A stretch of DNA of 53,942 bases from an uncultured Candidatus Poseidoniales archaeon (GCA_902573015.1 CACGIE010000006.1:1-53942), one strand, 5' to 3'; shown: positions 18,970 through 29,076, counted from the first letter of the stretch. Notes: generated from the sequence alone by a model not told the origin. Program-made: numbers and translations.

Positions 18970-20130
18970 ATGTCCGTCCCAGTAATCTGTGCTTATGCAC
19001 GAACTCCGGTGGGAAAGTTTCGAGGTTCGCTTTCCCAGTTCAGTGCTGTTGAACTGGGCATCATGGCTGTAAAGGAAGTCTGTATTAGATCGGGAATAGA
19101 TCCTGCCGGAGGAGTGGTGGATCAAGTGTACATGGGCCAAGTTCTGCAAGCAGGATGCGGGCAGGCACCAGCTCGTCAAGTGGCTATAGGAGCGGGGTTG
19201 CCGGTAACTACCCCCTGCACTACAATCAACAAAGTGTGCGGCTCAAGCCTGAAGGCTGCAATGATTGCTGCCACAGAGATTAGGGCAGGAGTATCGGAAG
19301 TTGTGATTGTAGGAGGGATGGAGTCAATGACCAATGCACCACACATTGCTCGGAATGTAGCCAAAGGACAAGACGTCCCCTTTGGTTCTCTTGAGTCTGT
19401 ACTAATTGGAGACGGACTGAAGGACGCATTTACTGGAGAGTCAATGGGCAATACTGGGGAGACGGTAGCAGAGGAGCATGGAATTACCAGAGAAGAGTCT
19501 GATAAATTCGCAGTCCGCTCACACTCCATGGCCAACGAAGCATGGGAGAAGGGATGGATTAGCGAAGAGGTTTTTCCTGTCGGTTCTCTATCTATTGACG
19601 AAGGAATTCGGCCAGAGACGAATGAAGAGATTCTATCATCTCTCAGGACTGTTTTCTCAGAGGACGGTCAAGTCACCGCAGGAAACGCCAGTCAAGTCTC
19701 GGATGGGGCCTCTGCAGTATTGATTGCTTCAGAAGAGAAGGCAAAAAGAGAAGGTTGGCCAATCTTGGCAAGAATTGTGGATTATGCCACATCCGGAGTG
19801 GAGTCCAACAGAGTGATGTCCGCGCCGATCCCTACTGTCAAGAAATTGTTGAAAATCACTGGTATGAGATTGGAAGATGTGGACATTTTGGAGCATAACG
19901 AGGCTTTCGCTTCTGCTTCATGCGCGATTAGGGACTCATTAGGAATTCCCGATGGATCATTCAACCCGCATGGAGGGGCAATTGCCATCGGACACCCACT
20001 CGGGGCTACCGGAGCTAGGTGCCTGATGACTTTGGTTAATGCCATGAGAAGGAGAGGATCGAGGAGGGGGATTGTGACAGTTTGTCTTGGTGGAGGAAAC
20101 GCAGTAGCGATGATGGTGGAGTGCCCTTAG
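18970..20130 (+). CDS. Acetyl-CoA C-acyltransferase (thiolase)
   Basis: INKVCGSS, NEAFA, GHPLGATG, CLGGG. Confidence 0.95.
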   Translation: MSVPVICAYARTPVGKFRGSLSQFSAVELGIMAVKEVCIRSGIDPAGGVVDQVYMGQVLQAGCGQAPARQVAIGAGLPVTTPCTTINKVCGSSLKAAMIAATEIRAGVSEVVIVGGMESMTNAPHIARNVAKGQDVPFGSLESVLIGDGLKDAFTGESMGNTGETVAEEHGITREESDKFAVRSHSMANEAWEKGWISEEVFPVGSLSIDEGIRPETNEEILSSLRTVFSEDGQVTAGNASQVSDGASAVLIASEEKAKREGWPILARIVDYATSGVESNRVMSAPIPTVKKLLKITGMRLEDVDILEHNEAFASASCAIRDSLGIPDGSFNPHGGAIAIGHPLGATGARCLMTLVNAMRRRGSRRGIVTVCLGGGNAVAMMVECP

Positions 20131-20194
20131 CCGGGTTTTGGTTCTCCCATACCAGTCATAGACCTTATTTGGGGGTCTCCGGTCGACCGCTTCG

Positions 20195-20455
20195 ATGGTT
20201 GAGCCAGCTCGCACTCATACACGCTTCGAAAAGGCCAGAATAATCGGTGCCCGAGCGCTCCAGATTAGCATGGGAGCCCCTCTCTTCGTGACAGAGGACG
20301 AGCTACGTGAGAAGTACAGCGGGGAGTTGATTCAACTCTACGGTGTAGACGATGCAAAGGAGAAAGTCGTTCTGGACCCAATGAAGATAGCCACACTGGA
20401 GTACGAGCAGAACAAGATCCCCATTGACATTGACCCTCACTTCGGGGAAGAATGA
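20195..20455 (+). CDS. rpoK: DNA-directed RNA polymerase subunit K (Rpo6)
   Basis: [21 protein letters not shown]...DPMKIA..E....IP. Confidence 0.95.
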   Translation: MVEPARTHTRFEKARIIGARALQISMGAPLFVTEDELREKYSGELIQLYGVDDAKEKVVLDPMKIATLEYEQNKIPIDIDPHFGEE

Positions 20456-20488
20456 AGCGTTATGGCCCCTTACCGGGAGCGATAGCAA

Positions 20489-21508
20489 TTGACTAACTGG
20501 AAGTACTCAAAGGGCCTAACAGCTTGTCTAATCGGCTTGACTGTGGTAGTAATCGGACTCGGCGGTCTAATTCGAATCTACGATGCAGGAGAGTCTTGCC
20601 CGGATTGGCCATTGTGTTTCGGGACCATCGGTTTCGATATTTCCGAGGAAGAGCAAGAGGCTTGGTACATTGAGAATCCAGATGAGGTGGATTCTAGAGG
20701 ATCTGGACATAGATACACTACTTTCCAGATATTCACAGAGTGGTTCCACAGGATTCTTGCAGGTCTAGTTCTGGGGCCTCTGGTTATTCTCAACTGGTAC
20801 ATGCTGAGAGGAGGCGATGAGAAAGTCAAGTTCGCATCCACATTGACTGTTGTCCTAATTGTCTGGCAAGGTGCCATTGGGTGGCTGACAGTCGAAATGG
20901 ACAATCTCCATTGGAGTGTAGCCCTTCACCTAAGCTCTGCATTGGCTTTTACCATGAGCATGTTTTGGTTGTGGTTAACTCTCACTAGAATGGAGGAAGG
21001 GCTTCCTGAGTGGTTAAGGTTTGATTACTCGATCTCTAAGAAATGGAAAGTCAGAGTAGGATTGTTGTCATTAGGGGCGTTCGTCTCAATTTTCTCTGGG
21101 ACCTTCGTTTCTACGACTCCCGGTGCAAATTTCGGATGCGGAGTGGACGGCTTGCCCGATTCCTGGCCCCTATGTAATGGAAAAATTATAGATTCAGTAG
21201 AGGATGTTGTCGCTCAGTCACAGATCATACACAGATGGTTTGTCGGTCTGATGCTAATCGCACTGATTTTCGCATCATATTCGATTTCCAACGAGCAGTC
21301 AGAGAATAATGTCCTTAGGAACTGGATTTGGGGCTCAACTTTCTTATTCTTTGTCAATACATCCATTGGTGCGATTTATGTTCTATCCTGGGATTTGGAA
21401 GAAGGATTCTTTGAATTCCTCTCATTAGTACACCTCATGATGGCTTCACTGACTTTCGTCACTATGGCCATATCTTGGATCGGATGCTCGATCGCTGAGG
21501 ATGGGTGA
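20489..21508 (+). CDS. ctaA: Heme A synthase (COX15/CtaA)
   Basis: CPDWPLC, EWFHR, ALHL, IIHR, VHL in an 8-TM arrangement. Confidence 0.9.
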   Translation: MTNWKYSKGLTACLIGLTVVVIGLGGLIRIYDAGESCPDWPLCFGTIGFDISEEEQEAWYIENPDEVDSRGSGHRYTTFQIFTEWFHRILAGLVLGPLVILNWYMLRGGDEKVKFASTLTVVLIVWQGAIGWLTVEMDNLHWSVALHLSSALAFTMSMFWLWLTLTRMEEGLPEWLRFDYSISKKWKVRVGLLSLGAFVSIFSGTFVSTTPGANFGCGVDGLPDSWPLCNGKIIDSVEDVVAQSQIIHRWFVGLMLIALIFASYSISNEQSENNVLRNWIWGSTFLFFVNTSIGAIYVLSWDLEEGFFEFLSLVHLMMASLTFVTMAISWIGCSIAEDG

Positions 21509-22554
21509 TTCAGATTCTTCATTCCATCAAAGACTACTTCTCATTGACTAAGCCAAGAGTGGTGGTACTTCTACAAATTACAGCGATATGTTCAGTGATA
21601 ATTCATGATTCAATGGAAGGAGATTTTGGTTCCGACTCGATTCAGACAATGCTGGTAGTTCTGATTGGAGGGTATCTAACTGCGGGGGGCGCCAATGCGA
21701 TCAATATGTGGTACGATAGAGACATAGATCCCAAGATGGCCCGAACCTCCGGAAGAGCTATTCCATCTGGTAGGGTTGAGGCGGGATCCGCGTTATTCTT
21801 CGGGATTCTTATTTCCATTCTAGGAGTCTGGTGGTTCTATGAAATGTCGAATGAAGTAGCCGCCTTCTGGTCGGCTTTCAGCGTTCTATTCTACGTTCTG
21901 ATTTACAGCATTTGGCTGAAAAGAAGGACTCCGCAGAACATCGTAATTGGAGGAATTGCTGGTTCGACCCCCCCAGTAATAGGATGGTCCGCTTCTTCGG
22001 AGGACCTGTCTATCTCAACCGATTCAATGGCTTCTGTACTAGAGTCGGTGATTGAACTCGGTAGTCCAATGCCATGGTTCTTGTTCGTCCTTATCTTCCT
22101 GTGGACTCCACCACACTTCTGGGCCTTAGCACTGTACAGATCCGAAGAATATGCAGAAGTAGGAGTCCCAATGCTGCCTAATGTGAAAGGGCCTGAACGT
22201 ACTCTTTTGGAGATGAAGGTTTACTCAATTCTGCTGGTCCTTTTGTCGCTAGCGGCTCCCACAACTTTAGAGGCAGTCAAAATTGAAGATTGGAGTTACC
22301 ACGTCCTGAGTTGGACGATTCTAGGATTGAGTCTTTGGTACGCTTCCACGGTTTGGAGGATAGACATTTCAGAGGAGCCCGATGAAACAGGTAGGATCTC
22401 CAGTGCTGCAACTTCTTTCTTCGTCTCGATGCTATACCTTGCACTGATGTTCGTAGTTCTTGTAACTGGGAGTTTTGGACAATTTGGAGTCGTTATTGGA
22501 GCAATCATAGCCACTGTTTTCGTGACTAGGACGGAGTTGAAATCTACCACATAG
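21505..22554 (+). CDS. ctaB: Protoheme IX farnesyltransferase (heme O synthase)
   Basis: LTKPRVV, NMWYDRDIDPKMART, LKRRTPQNIVIGG, WTPPHFWALAL. Confidence 0.95.
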   Translation: MIQILHSIKDYFSLTKPRVVVLLQITAICSVIIHDSMEGDFGSDSIQTMLVVLIGGYLTAGGANAINMWYDRDIDPKMARTSGRAIPSGRVEAGSALFFGILISILGVWWFYEMSNEVAAFWSAFSVLFYVLIYSIWLKRRTPQNIVIGGIAGSTPPVIGWSASSEDLSISTDSMASVLESVIELGSPMPWFLFVLIFLWTPPHFWALALYRSEEYAEVGVPMLPNVKGPERTLLEMKVYSILLVLLSLAAPTTLEAVKIEDWSYHVLSWTILGLSLWYASTVWRIDISEEPDETGRISSAATSFFVSMLYLALMFVVLVTGSFGQFGVVIGAIIATVFVTRTELKSTT

Positions 22555-22606
22555 TCCCGATGGTTTGAAACACCAAACGAACCATGGGGGGGGCACGGGT
22601 GAGACA

Positions 22607-23863
22607 ATGGAAGAGCATGACCTAATCTACGACTGGAATGATATCGACTACTCGATAGATCGGGACGAGTCGGATCACCCGCATGAGCTGTGGTTCGACG
22701 ATGAGACTCTTCGAGACGGTTTGCAGAGTCCTAGCGCGAGAAACCCAACAATCGAGCAGAAAATAGAATTAATCGACTACATGGAGAAGCTAGGTATCCA
22801 GAAGGTGGATCTAGGTCTTCCCGGAGCAGGACCCTTCCACATAGACCATATTGATTCAATGCTAAATCATATGGGGGAAAATGGATATAATCTCAGACCC
22901 GGATGTGCTGTGAGGACAGTTGTCTCAGATATCGAACCACTGGTGGAGCTACAAGCAAAGCATGAGAGGCAGATCCAGGCGAGTGCATTTCTGGGAACTA
23001 GCCCGATTAGACAGTTTGCCGAAGGATGGACTATGGGGAGAATAATGGAGACCGCTGAGAAAGCGGTCACCTTCGCTGTGGACAACGATATCCCAGTGAT
23101 GTTCGTAACAGAGGATACCACGAGGAGCAAGCCGGAAGAAATCAAGCAGGTGTACGCGAGGGCGATAGAATTGGGAGCAGACAGAATTTGTGTTTGTGAC
23201 ACGTGCGGACACGTTACCCCGAATGGAGTTAGAAGGCTCCTAGAATTCATCCAGGAAGAGGTCATTCCCGACTCAGGAGTCAAAAGGAGAGAGATAGAGG
23301 TAAACTGGCATGGGCATCAAGACAGAGGCCTAGGAGTTGCGAACAACCTAGCTGCATACGAGGCAGGTGCTGATGTGATTCACGGAACGGCTCTAGGAGT
23401 AGGCGAGAGAGCAGGTAACGCACCCCTGGACCAGACACTTGTGAATCTGAGCCTGATGGGAGTTATCAAAAACGATCTCACCGCGCTGAACAAATATACA
23501 AGAAAGGCTCACCAGTATGTGGAAGTGGCTCTTCCGCATAACTATCCGGTCTTTGGAGAGGATGCCTTTGAGACAGGAACTGGCGTTCATGCTTCGGCGG
23601 TGATCAAGGCGATGGACAAAGGAGATGACTGGTTGGCGGATAGAGTCTACTCCGGCGTCCCTGCTGGAGACTTCGGACTACAGCAGGTAATCAGGATCGG
23701 GCATATGAGCGGAAGATCAAATGTGATTCACTGGCTGAAAAGAAATGGTTACGAAGCAGAAGACGATCTAGTTGCACATATGTTCGATGTGGCAAAGAGT
23801 CAGAGAAGGATGATGACCGACGAAGAGGTTCACGATGCAATTTCTGAATTCAAAGCCATGTAG
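22607..23863 (+). CDS. LeuA-family DRE-TIM acyl-CoA condensing enzyme (2-isopropylmalate/homocitrate synthase-like), without the regulatory domain
   Basis: DETLRDGLQS, EDTTRS, CDTCG, HGHQDRG, GVGERAGN; GGTGA RBS before ATG 22607. Confidence 0.85.
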   Translation: MEEHDLIYDWNDIDYSIDRDESDHPHELWFDDETLRDGLQSPSARNPTIEQKIELIDYMEKLGIQKVDLGLPGAGPFHIDHIDSMLNHMGENGYNLRPGCAVRTVVSDIEPLVELQAKHERQIQASAFLGTSPIRQFAEGWTMGRIMETAEKAVTFAVDNDIPVMFVTEDTTRSKPEEIKQVYARAIELGADRICVCDTCGHVTPNGVRRLLEFIQEEVIPDSGVKRREIEVNWHGHQDRGLGVANNLAAYEAGADVIHGTALGVGERAGNAPLDQTLVNLSLMGVIKNDLTALNKYTRKAHQYVEVALPHNYPVFGEDAFETGTGVHASAVIKAMDKGDDWLADRVYSGVPAGDFGLQQVIRIGHMSGRSNVIHWLKRNGYEAEDDLVAHMFDVAKSQRRMMTDEEVHDAISEFKAM

Positions 23864-23904
23864 TTAGAGAGCACAGTTATACGGGGGTAAATTCCTCGAA
23901 GAGC

Positions 23905-24882
23905 ATGAGGGGAAGGCTAGTTGCTATTTCGGTACTGATTGCACTGGTGATGGTCTCATCATCAGTTCAGGCACAAGATGAGACAGAAGAAGAGGACAAC
24001 GTGATTATCGATGTAGTACTACCACTCGCACTAGCGTTCATCATGTTCTCACTTGGTTTGGGACTAACCATAGGTGACTTCGCCTTGGTTTTCAGCGAGC
24101 CGAAGGCATTTACAATCGGGATAGTGAATCAGATGCTGGTACTTCCAATTGTGGGTTTCGCTATAGCAAGCTTTGCCGATCTAGACGGGGAGCTCGCTGT
24201 GGGTCTGATGATTCTAGCATGTTGCCCTGGTGGAGTCACGTCAAACATTCTGACGAAGTTAGCAAAAGGAGATACTGCGCTTTCGATTTCCTACACAGCA
24301 GTTGTTTCGGTTGTGTCCGTGATTACGTTGCCATTGGTGGTTGGCCTCTCAATGGACCATTTCATGGGAGAGTCCGCGCCGAGCATAGACATCATTGGTC
24401 TTGGAATTACCATGTTCCTGCTAACTACTCTTCCCGTGGCTATTGGAATGTCCATCAGGGCTACCAAGCCTAGTACAGCAGAATCTATCGATAGGGGAGT
24501 CAGCCTGACCGCAGCGGTTCTGTTTGTGATAATCGTCCTAGCAGCAATAGCTAGTGAGTGGGATACTCTGATGGACAATATCGGAACTCTAGGCCCATCT
24601 GTGGTGGCACTAAACGCCCTTATGCTCACTATCGGTTACCAGAGTGCGAAATTACTCAATCTTGAGCCCTCAAGGGCTACTACTGTTTCGATTGAGAGTG
24701 GAATACAGAATGCGACTGTAGGAATTACCGTTGGAGGTCTTATTCTTGCTTCTCCGAGTGGGGGCCTATCTACACTGAGCTTACCTTCAGGAGTGTATGG
24801 GGTTCTGATGTATCTCGTCATAGCACCCTTCGTGTATCACAGAATATCCTCTTCTGGAGACTCTGAGAACTCGGATAATTGA
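23905..24882 (+). CDS. Bile acid:sodium symporter family transporter
   Basis: IMFSLGLGL, CPGGVTSN, ESGIQN; multiple TM helices. Confidence 0.92.
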   Translation: MRGRLVAISVLIALVMVSSSVQAQDETEEEDNVIIDVVLPLALAFIMFSLGLGLTIGDFALVFSEPKAFTIGIVNQMLVLPIVGFAIASFADLDGELAVGLMILACCPGGVTSNILTKLAKGDTALSISYTAVVSVVSVITLPLVVGLSMDHFMGESAPSIDIIGLGITMFLLTTLPVAIGMSIRATKPSTAESIDRGVSLTAAVLFVIIVLAAIASEWDTLMDNIGTLGPSVVALNALMLTIGYQSAKLLNLEPSRATTVSIESGIQNATVGITVGGLILASPSGGLSTLSLPSGVYGVLMYLVIAPFVYHRISSSGDSENSDN

Positions 24883-24931
24883 CTAGCAACAAAGACGAAC
24901 GGCTATATTCTCTGGTTTATCTAAGTAGCAT

Positions 24932-27900
24932 GTGAGAGTCGCCATATTGGTATTGTTGATGGTGACCTTCTCCCCTGCTGGGCATGCTCTAGGAGGAGAA
25001 GAGCCTGAGGAAATACCCACTGTAGTTTTGGAAGATATCTTGGGGACATACTCAAGATCGGTCCAGATTGCGTTCGATAGGGTTTCTGATATCGACTCGT
25101 ATGAAGAGGCAGAGTTGGTCGTAGTAGATTCCTGGCTGGTCGTGACTGGAATCCCGATTGAGGAGCATCGATGGACGGCAGCGGAGCCTGAGGATAGCGA
25201 GCCAGTAGAGCATCTCAGGGGATCCTACATATGGACTTTCGAAGATTCTACAAATGGACTCGAACAACTGAGGAATTCATTTCTGAAGGGTGAGATTGAG
25301 TCTTTCTCACCCCTATTGGATAAGTCAGTCTCTACGAGATTCGAGCCAAATGATCCATTCTACGATGATCAATGGCATCTAAACAACACTGGACAAACTA
25401 GCGGGACGTCGGGCGAGGATGCTAATGTAACTGCAGTCTGGAACTCGTACAATGGTTCGGGAGTCGTGATCAGTGTGATTGACGACGGTGTGGAGCATTC
25501 TCACCCTGACCTTACTACCAACTACCTCTCTCAGCACTCCTATGACTGGTGCGGAGATGATCCGGATCCGGACCCGAACTCCTGGGACGGGCATGGAACG
25601 GCGGTAGCCGGAGTAGCAGCAGGAACCGGAAACAATTCAATCGGAGTAACAGGTGCTGCATTCGGGGCAGATATCGCTGGCCACAGACTGATTTCGTGTG
25701 GTTTCACGGACTCTACAGCTGCAGATGCTCTTAGTTATGATAATGGAGACATAGATATCTACTCAAACTCCTGGGGACCCTACGACGATGGGAATAGACT
25801 CGAAGGACCTGGGCCTATAACCGTTGCAGCCATTGAGGATTCGATATACAACGGAAGGTCCGGGCTCGGAAACATATACACATGGGCTGCTGGGAATGGA
25901 CTTGAAGCTAATGACAATTCTAACTACGACGGGTATGCAAGCCTAAGGTATGCGATTGCAGTGGCAGCTATTACACACTACGGGGATCAATCGTGGTACT
26001 CTGAACCTGGAGCAAACATTCTAGTTACCGCTCACTCCAATGGTGGGACGCCCGACTATGAGGGGATAACAACCACGGACATTACGGGAACAGGAGGATA
26101 CAGCGGAGGTGACGTGACCCACGACTTCGGGGGAACGTCTAGCGCCACCCCCCTTGTCTCTGGAGTCATAGCTCTGATTCTGGAGTCGAATCCGGATTTG
26201 ACATGGCGTGATGTCCAGAATATCCTCGTCCATAGCTCTAGGAAGAACGACGAAAACGATTCTTCTTGGTCCGTGAATGGGGGAGGTCTTACGGTCTCTC
26301 ACAAGTACGGATTCGGAGCAGTGGATGCAGGTGCAGCGGTGTCATTGGCTGAGAATTGGACAAGCAGCGGAGAGGAGGCGAACGCTACTTTTGGACCTTT
26401 TACAGAGAATCTCGCTATCGACAACGGACCAAGCGAATGGACCGAGTTCAACCTCTCGGTACCAATTGACTTGAGCCTAGAGTCGGTAGACGTAATTGTC
26501 GATATCACTCACACTGCCCGGGGCGAGTTGGACATCGTTCTGGAGTCACCTAGTGGCCACCAGTCGTGGCTTGCGGAAGTTCATGATGACAACAATGCAG
26601 ACTACTCGAATTGGAGGTTCGGGACGGTCCAGCACTGGGACGAGTCCTCTCAGGGTAATTGGACCCTGAAGGTTCGAGATTCGGTCACGGGATCTAACTC
26701 CGGGACTCTGAACTCATGGGAGTTGATTTTCCATGGAGTCGGAAATGTTACAGACACAGATGGCGATGGATGGCCCGACTACAACGATGTAGACGATGAC
26801 AACGATGGCTGGGGAGACATAGACGAGATGTCTTGCTCTACCGATCCTCTGGATAACTCATCAACTCCTTCGGACACTGACTTGGACGGAGTCTGCAACT
26901 ACCTTGACTCTGATGATGATGGGGATGGAGTCGATGACTCAACCGAGCAAGCTTGCTCAACGGACCCTCTGGATAACTCATCAACTCCTTCGGACACTGA
27001 CTTGGACGGAGTCTGCAACTACCTTGACTCGGACGACGATGATGATACTTGGAACGACTCCACGGAGCTGTCATGTTCAACTGACCCTCTGGATTACTCA
27101 TCCACTCCGTCGGACACTGACTCGGACGGAGTCTGCAACTACCTTGACTCGGACGACGATGGGGATGGCCTGAGTGATGTGAATGAGACTTCGGTGCATT
27201 TGACGGATCCACTCGATTCTGACTCGGACGACGATGGATTGGATGACTATCAGGAAATTGTAATCTACGGGACCAAGGCAATTGACAATGACACTGATGA
27301 TGACGGGCTTGATGATTATCAAGAGGTAATGGTCCATAGCACGAATCCACTGTCATACGATTCTGATACTGACGGAATTAGCGATTATGACGAAATAGTT
27401 GTTTGGTTCTCAGACCCCCTGACCTTTGACGCAGACAACGACTCGGACGATTACTATCATTTCCAAGACTGCGATGATGATGATCACGAGGTGAATCCTG
27501 GGATGTTAGAGGCACTCAATGGAAAGGATGACAATTGCGACGGTCTTGAAGACGAGGGCTTCAATGATTCAGATGTGGATGGAGATGGATTGTCGGACTG
27601 GGAAGAATTCCACATCCATGGAACAAACCCAGAAGATTCTGACTCGGATGGGGATGGAATACTAGATCAACAGGAGTTGGAGTTCGGCAGTAATCCGTTG
27701 GTAGTTGATCTAGATGCGGATGGTGATGGAGCTTACTGGTTCGATGACTGTGATGACAACGATTCGAGTTTTGCACCGGACGTGACTGAGTCCCTAGACG
27801 GACTAGACAATGATTGTGACGAAGACATAGACGAAGACTTCTTCTGGATTGATACAGATATGGATGGATTGACCGACTATGCAGAGTATCACCAATACTC

Positions 27901-29053
27901 TACGGATCCTAATGACGGGGATTCTGACGGAGACGGACTCCCCGATGGGACTGAATTGAATGAGTTCATGTCTGACCCGCTTATTGCGGATCCTGACTCT
28001 GACCTAGATGGCTGGTACCATTTCCAAGACTGTGACGATGATGACTTCGAAAGGGCTCCTGAGCGTCCTGAGGAGCTAGATGGAAAAGATAACGACTGCG
28101 ATGACTTAGTGGATGAGGACTTCTATGAAAGAGATACTGATGGTGATGGCCTAAGTGACTATTCCGAGTATCACAACTACAGTACATCATTCGATTCTGT
28201 AGACACGGATCAAGACGGAGTAGACGATGGAACTGAGATTGCTCGTGGCCTTTCTAGTCCGTTATTCACGGACTATGACCGAGATAATGACGGATTCTAC
28301 GAGTATGACGATTGTGATGATCTAGTCGGAAGTACATACCCTGGTGCTGTCGAACAGTGGAATGGCGTTGATGATGACTGCGACGGCGAAGAGGATGAGT
28401 TTGTGAACAGGCTAGAGCTAGTCTTGTCAAATTACGATAAGTCATCGGGCACTGTTTTCCTGGAAAACGGGAATATATACGATGGCCCTAGGACATATAG
28501 TTCGATACCGGTTACCTGGGATTCAGCGAATGAATCCTTTGAAATCACAGTATCTGGGATTCAGTCATCGGTTGACGCCATAGTCACTTGGTCTATGAGT
28601 GGTTATTCTCTAGAAGTCAACACCAGTCAAGATGGGAAGACTGTAATTCTGATGCCAATCCATTGCAGAGATACAGAGGAAAATATGCAGATACAATTCT
28701 GTGATGAGGGGTCGTCAATTCAGAAATTAAAAGCGGTCGTCTCAGAAGACAGTTACTACACTGAGATCGAGTGGAATATCATGGTGACTATTTGGGTAGA
28801 GCCTCAATCAGAGAATTGGCTTTTCTCGATTATCTCCAGCCCAACAGGAATAATCGGGATAGTCACTTTCCTAATTGCCCTCTCTGCAGGAGGATTCCTG
28901 ATTGGCCTGAGGATTTCGAGGGCTAAAGAGTTACAAGATGCCCTCGAAGCATACGGAGTCAGTCCAGAGAGACTGGCCATCAGTCCCGAGAACAAGGGTA
29001 TGGTTTTGCCTTCTGCTCCAGATGTATCATGGTCGAACGATGAAAACTCATAG
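24932..29053 (+). CDS. Membrane-anchored S8 (kexin/furin-like) serine protease with P domain and Asp-rich Ca-binding repeat stalk
   Basis: Signal peptide; catalytic IDDG, HGTAVAG, GTSSATP; YSNSWGP, WAAGNG; P domain (GNWTLKVRD...WELIFHG); DxDxDG repeats; C-terminal TM helix. Confidence 0.92.
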   Translation: MRVAILVLLMVTFSPAGHALGGEEPEEIPTVVLEDILGTYSRSVQIAFDRVSDIDSYEEAELVVVDSWLVVTGIPIEEHRWTAAEPEDSEPVEHLRGSYIWTFEDSTNGLEQLRNSFLKGEIESFSPLLDKSVSTRFEPNDPFYDDQWHLNNTGQTSGTSGEDANVTAVWNSYNGSGVVISVIDDGVEHSHPDLTTNYLSQHSYDWCGDDPDPDPNSWDGHGTAVAGVAAGTGNNSIGVTGAAFGADIAGHRLISCGFTDSTAADALSYDNGDIDIYSNSWGPYDDGNRLEGPGPITVAAIEDSIYNGRSGLGNIYTWAAGNGLEANDNSNYDGYASLRYAIAVAAITHYGDQSWYSEPGANILVTAHSNGGTPDYEGITTTDITGTGGYSGGDVTHDFGGTSSATPLVSGVIALILESNPDLTWRDVQNILVHSSRKNDENDSSWSVNGGGLTVSHKYGFGAVDAGAAVSLAENWTSSGEEANATFGPFTENLAIDNGPSEWTEFNLSVPIDLSLESVDVIVDITHTARGELDIVLESPSGHQSWLAEVHDDNNADYSNWRFGTVQHWDESSQGNWTLKVRDSVTGSNSGTLNSWELIFHGVGNVTDTDGDGWPDYNDVDDDNDGWGDIDEMSCSTDPLDNSSTPSDTDLDGVCNYLDSDDDGDGVDDSTEQACSTDPLDNSSTPSDTDLDGVCNYLDSDDDDDTWNDSTELSCSTDPLDYSSTPSDTDSDGVCNYLDSDDDGDGLSDVNETSVHLTDPLDSDSDDDGLDDYQEIVIYGTKAIDNDTDDDGLDDYQEVMVHSTNPLSYDSDTDGISDYDEIVVWFSDPLTFDADNDSDDYYHFQDCDDDDHEVNPGMLEALNGKDDNCDGLEDEGFNDSDVDGDGLSDWEEFHIHGTNPEDSDSDGDGILDQQELEFGSNPLVVDLDADGDGAYWFDDCDDNDSSFAPDVTESLDGLDNDCDEDIDEDFFWIDTDMDGLTDYAEYHQYSTDPNDGDSDGDGLPDGTELNEFMSDPLIADPDSDLDGWYHFQDCDDDDFERAPERPEELDGKDNDCDDLVDEDFYERDTDGDGLSDYSEYHNYSTSFDSVDTDQDGVDDGTEIARGLSSPLFTDYDRDNDGFYEYDDCDDLVGSTYPGAVEQWNGVDDDCDGEEDEFVNRLELVLSNYDKSSGTVFLENGNIYDGPRTYSSIPVTWDSANESFEITVSGIQSSVDAIVTWSMSGYSLEVNTSQDGKTVILMPIHCRDTEENMQIQFCDEGSSIQKLKAVVSEDSYYTEIEWNIMVTIWVEPQSENWLFSIISSPTGIIGIVTFLIALSAGGFLIGLRISRAKELQDALEAYGVSPERLAISPENKGMVLPSAPDVSWSNDENS
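26834..27170 (+). repeat. Intragenic tandem repeat, 120-bp unit, about 3 copies
   Basis: C(T/C)GGACGGAGTCTGCAACTACCTTGACTC-type block recurs at 26881, 27001 and 27121; encodes CSTDPLD.SSTPSDTD.DGVCNYLDSDDD. Confidence 0.95.
27461..28400 (+). repeat. Four DCDD...P...E..(D/N)G.D(D/N).CD...DE putative metal-binding repeats alternating with TSP3-like DxDGDGL repeats
   Basis: Visible in the protein translation, with a higher-order period of roughly 95 aa. Confidence 0.8.
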
Positions 29054-29076
29054 TCAAGAGGGCAAAAGAGTAGTCA

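Noticed and set aside
22586-22593. G8 tract upstream of the LeuA-like gene as a phase-variation site
   Set aside because: Short, non-coding, and no evidence of length variation from a single sequence
24930-24935. ATGTGA start-stop overlapping the protease GTG start
   Set aside because: Could be regulatory but is easily explained by chance; no supporting evidence
26834-27170. Regularly spaced near-identical repeats resembling a CRISPR array
   Set aside because: In-frame 120-bp coding repeats with homologous intervening sequence; no unique spacers or cas genes
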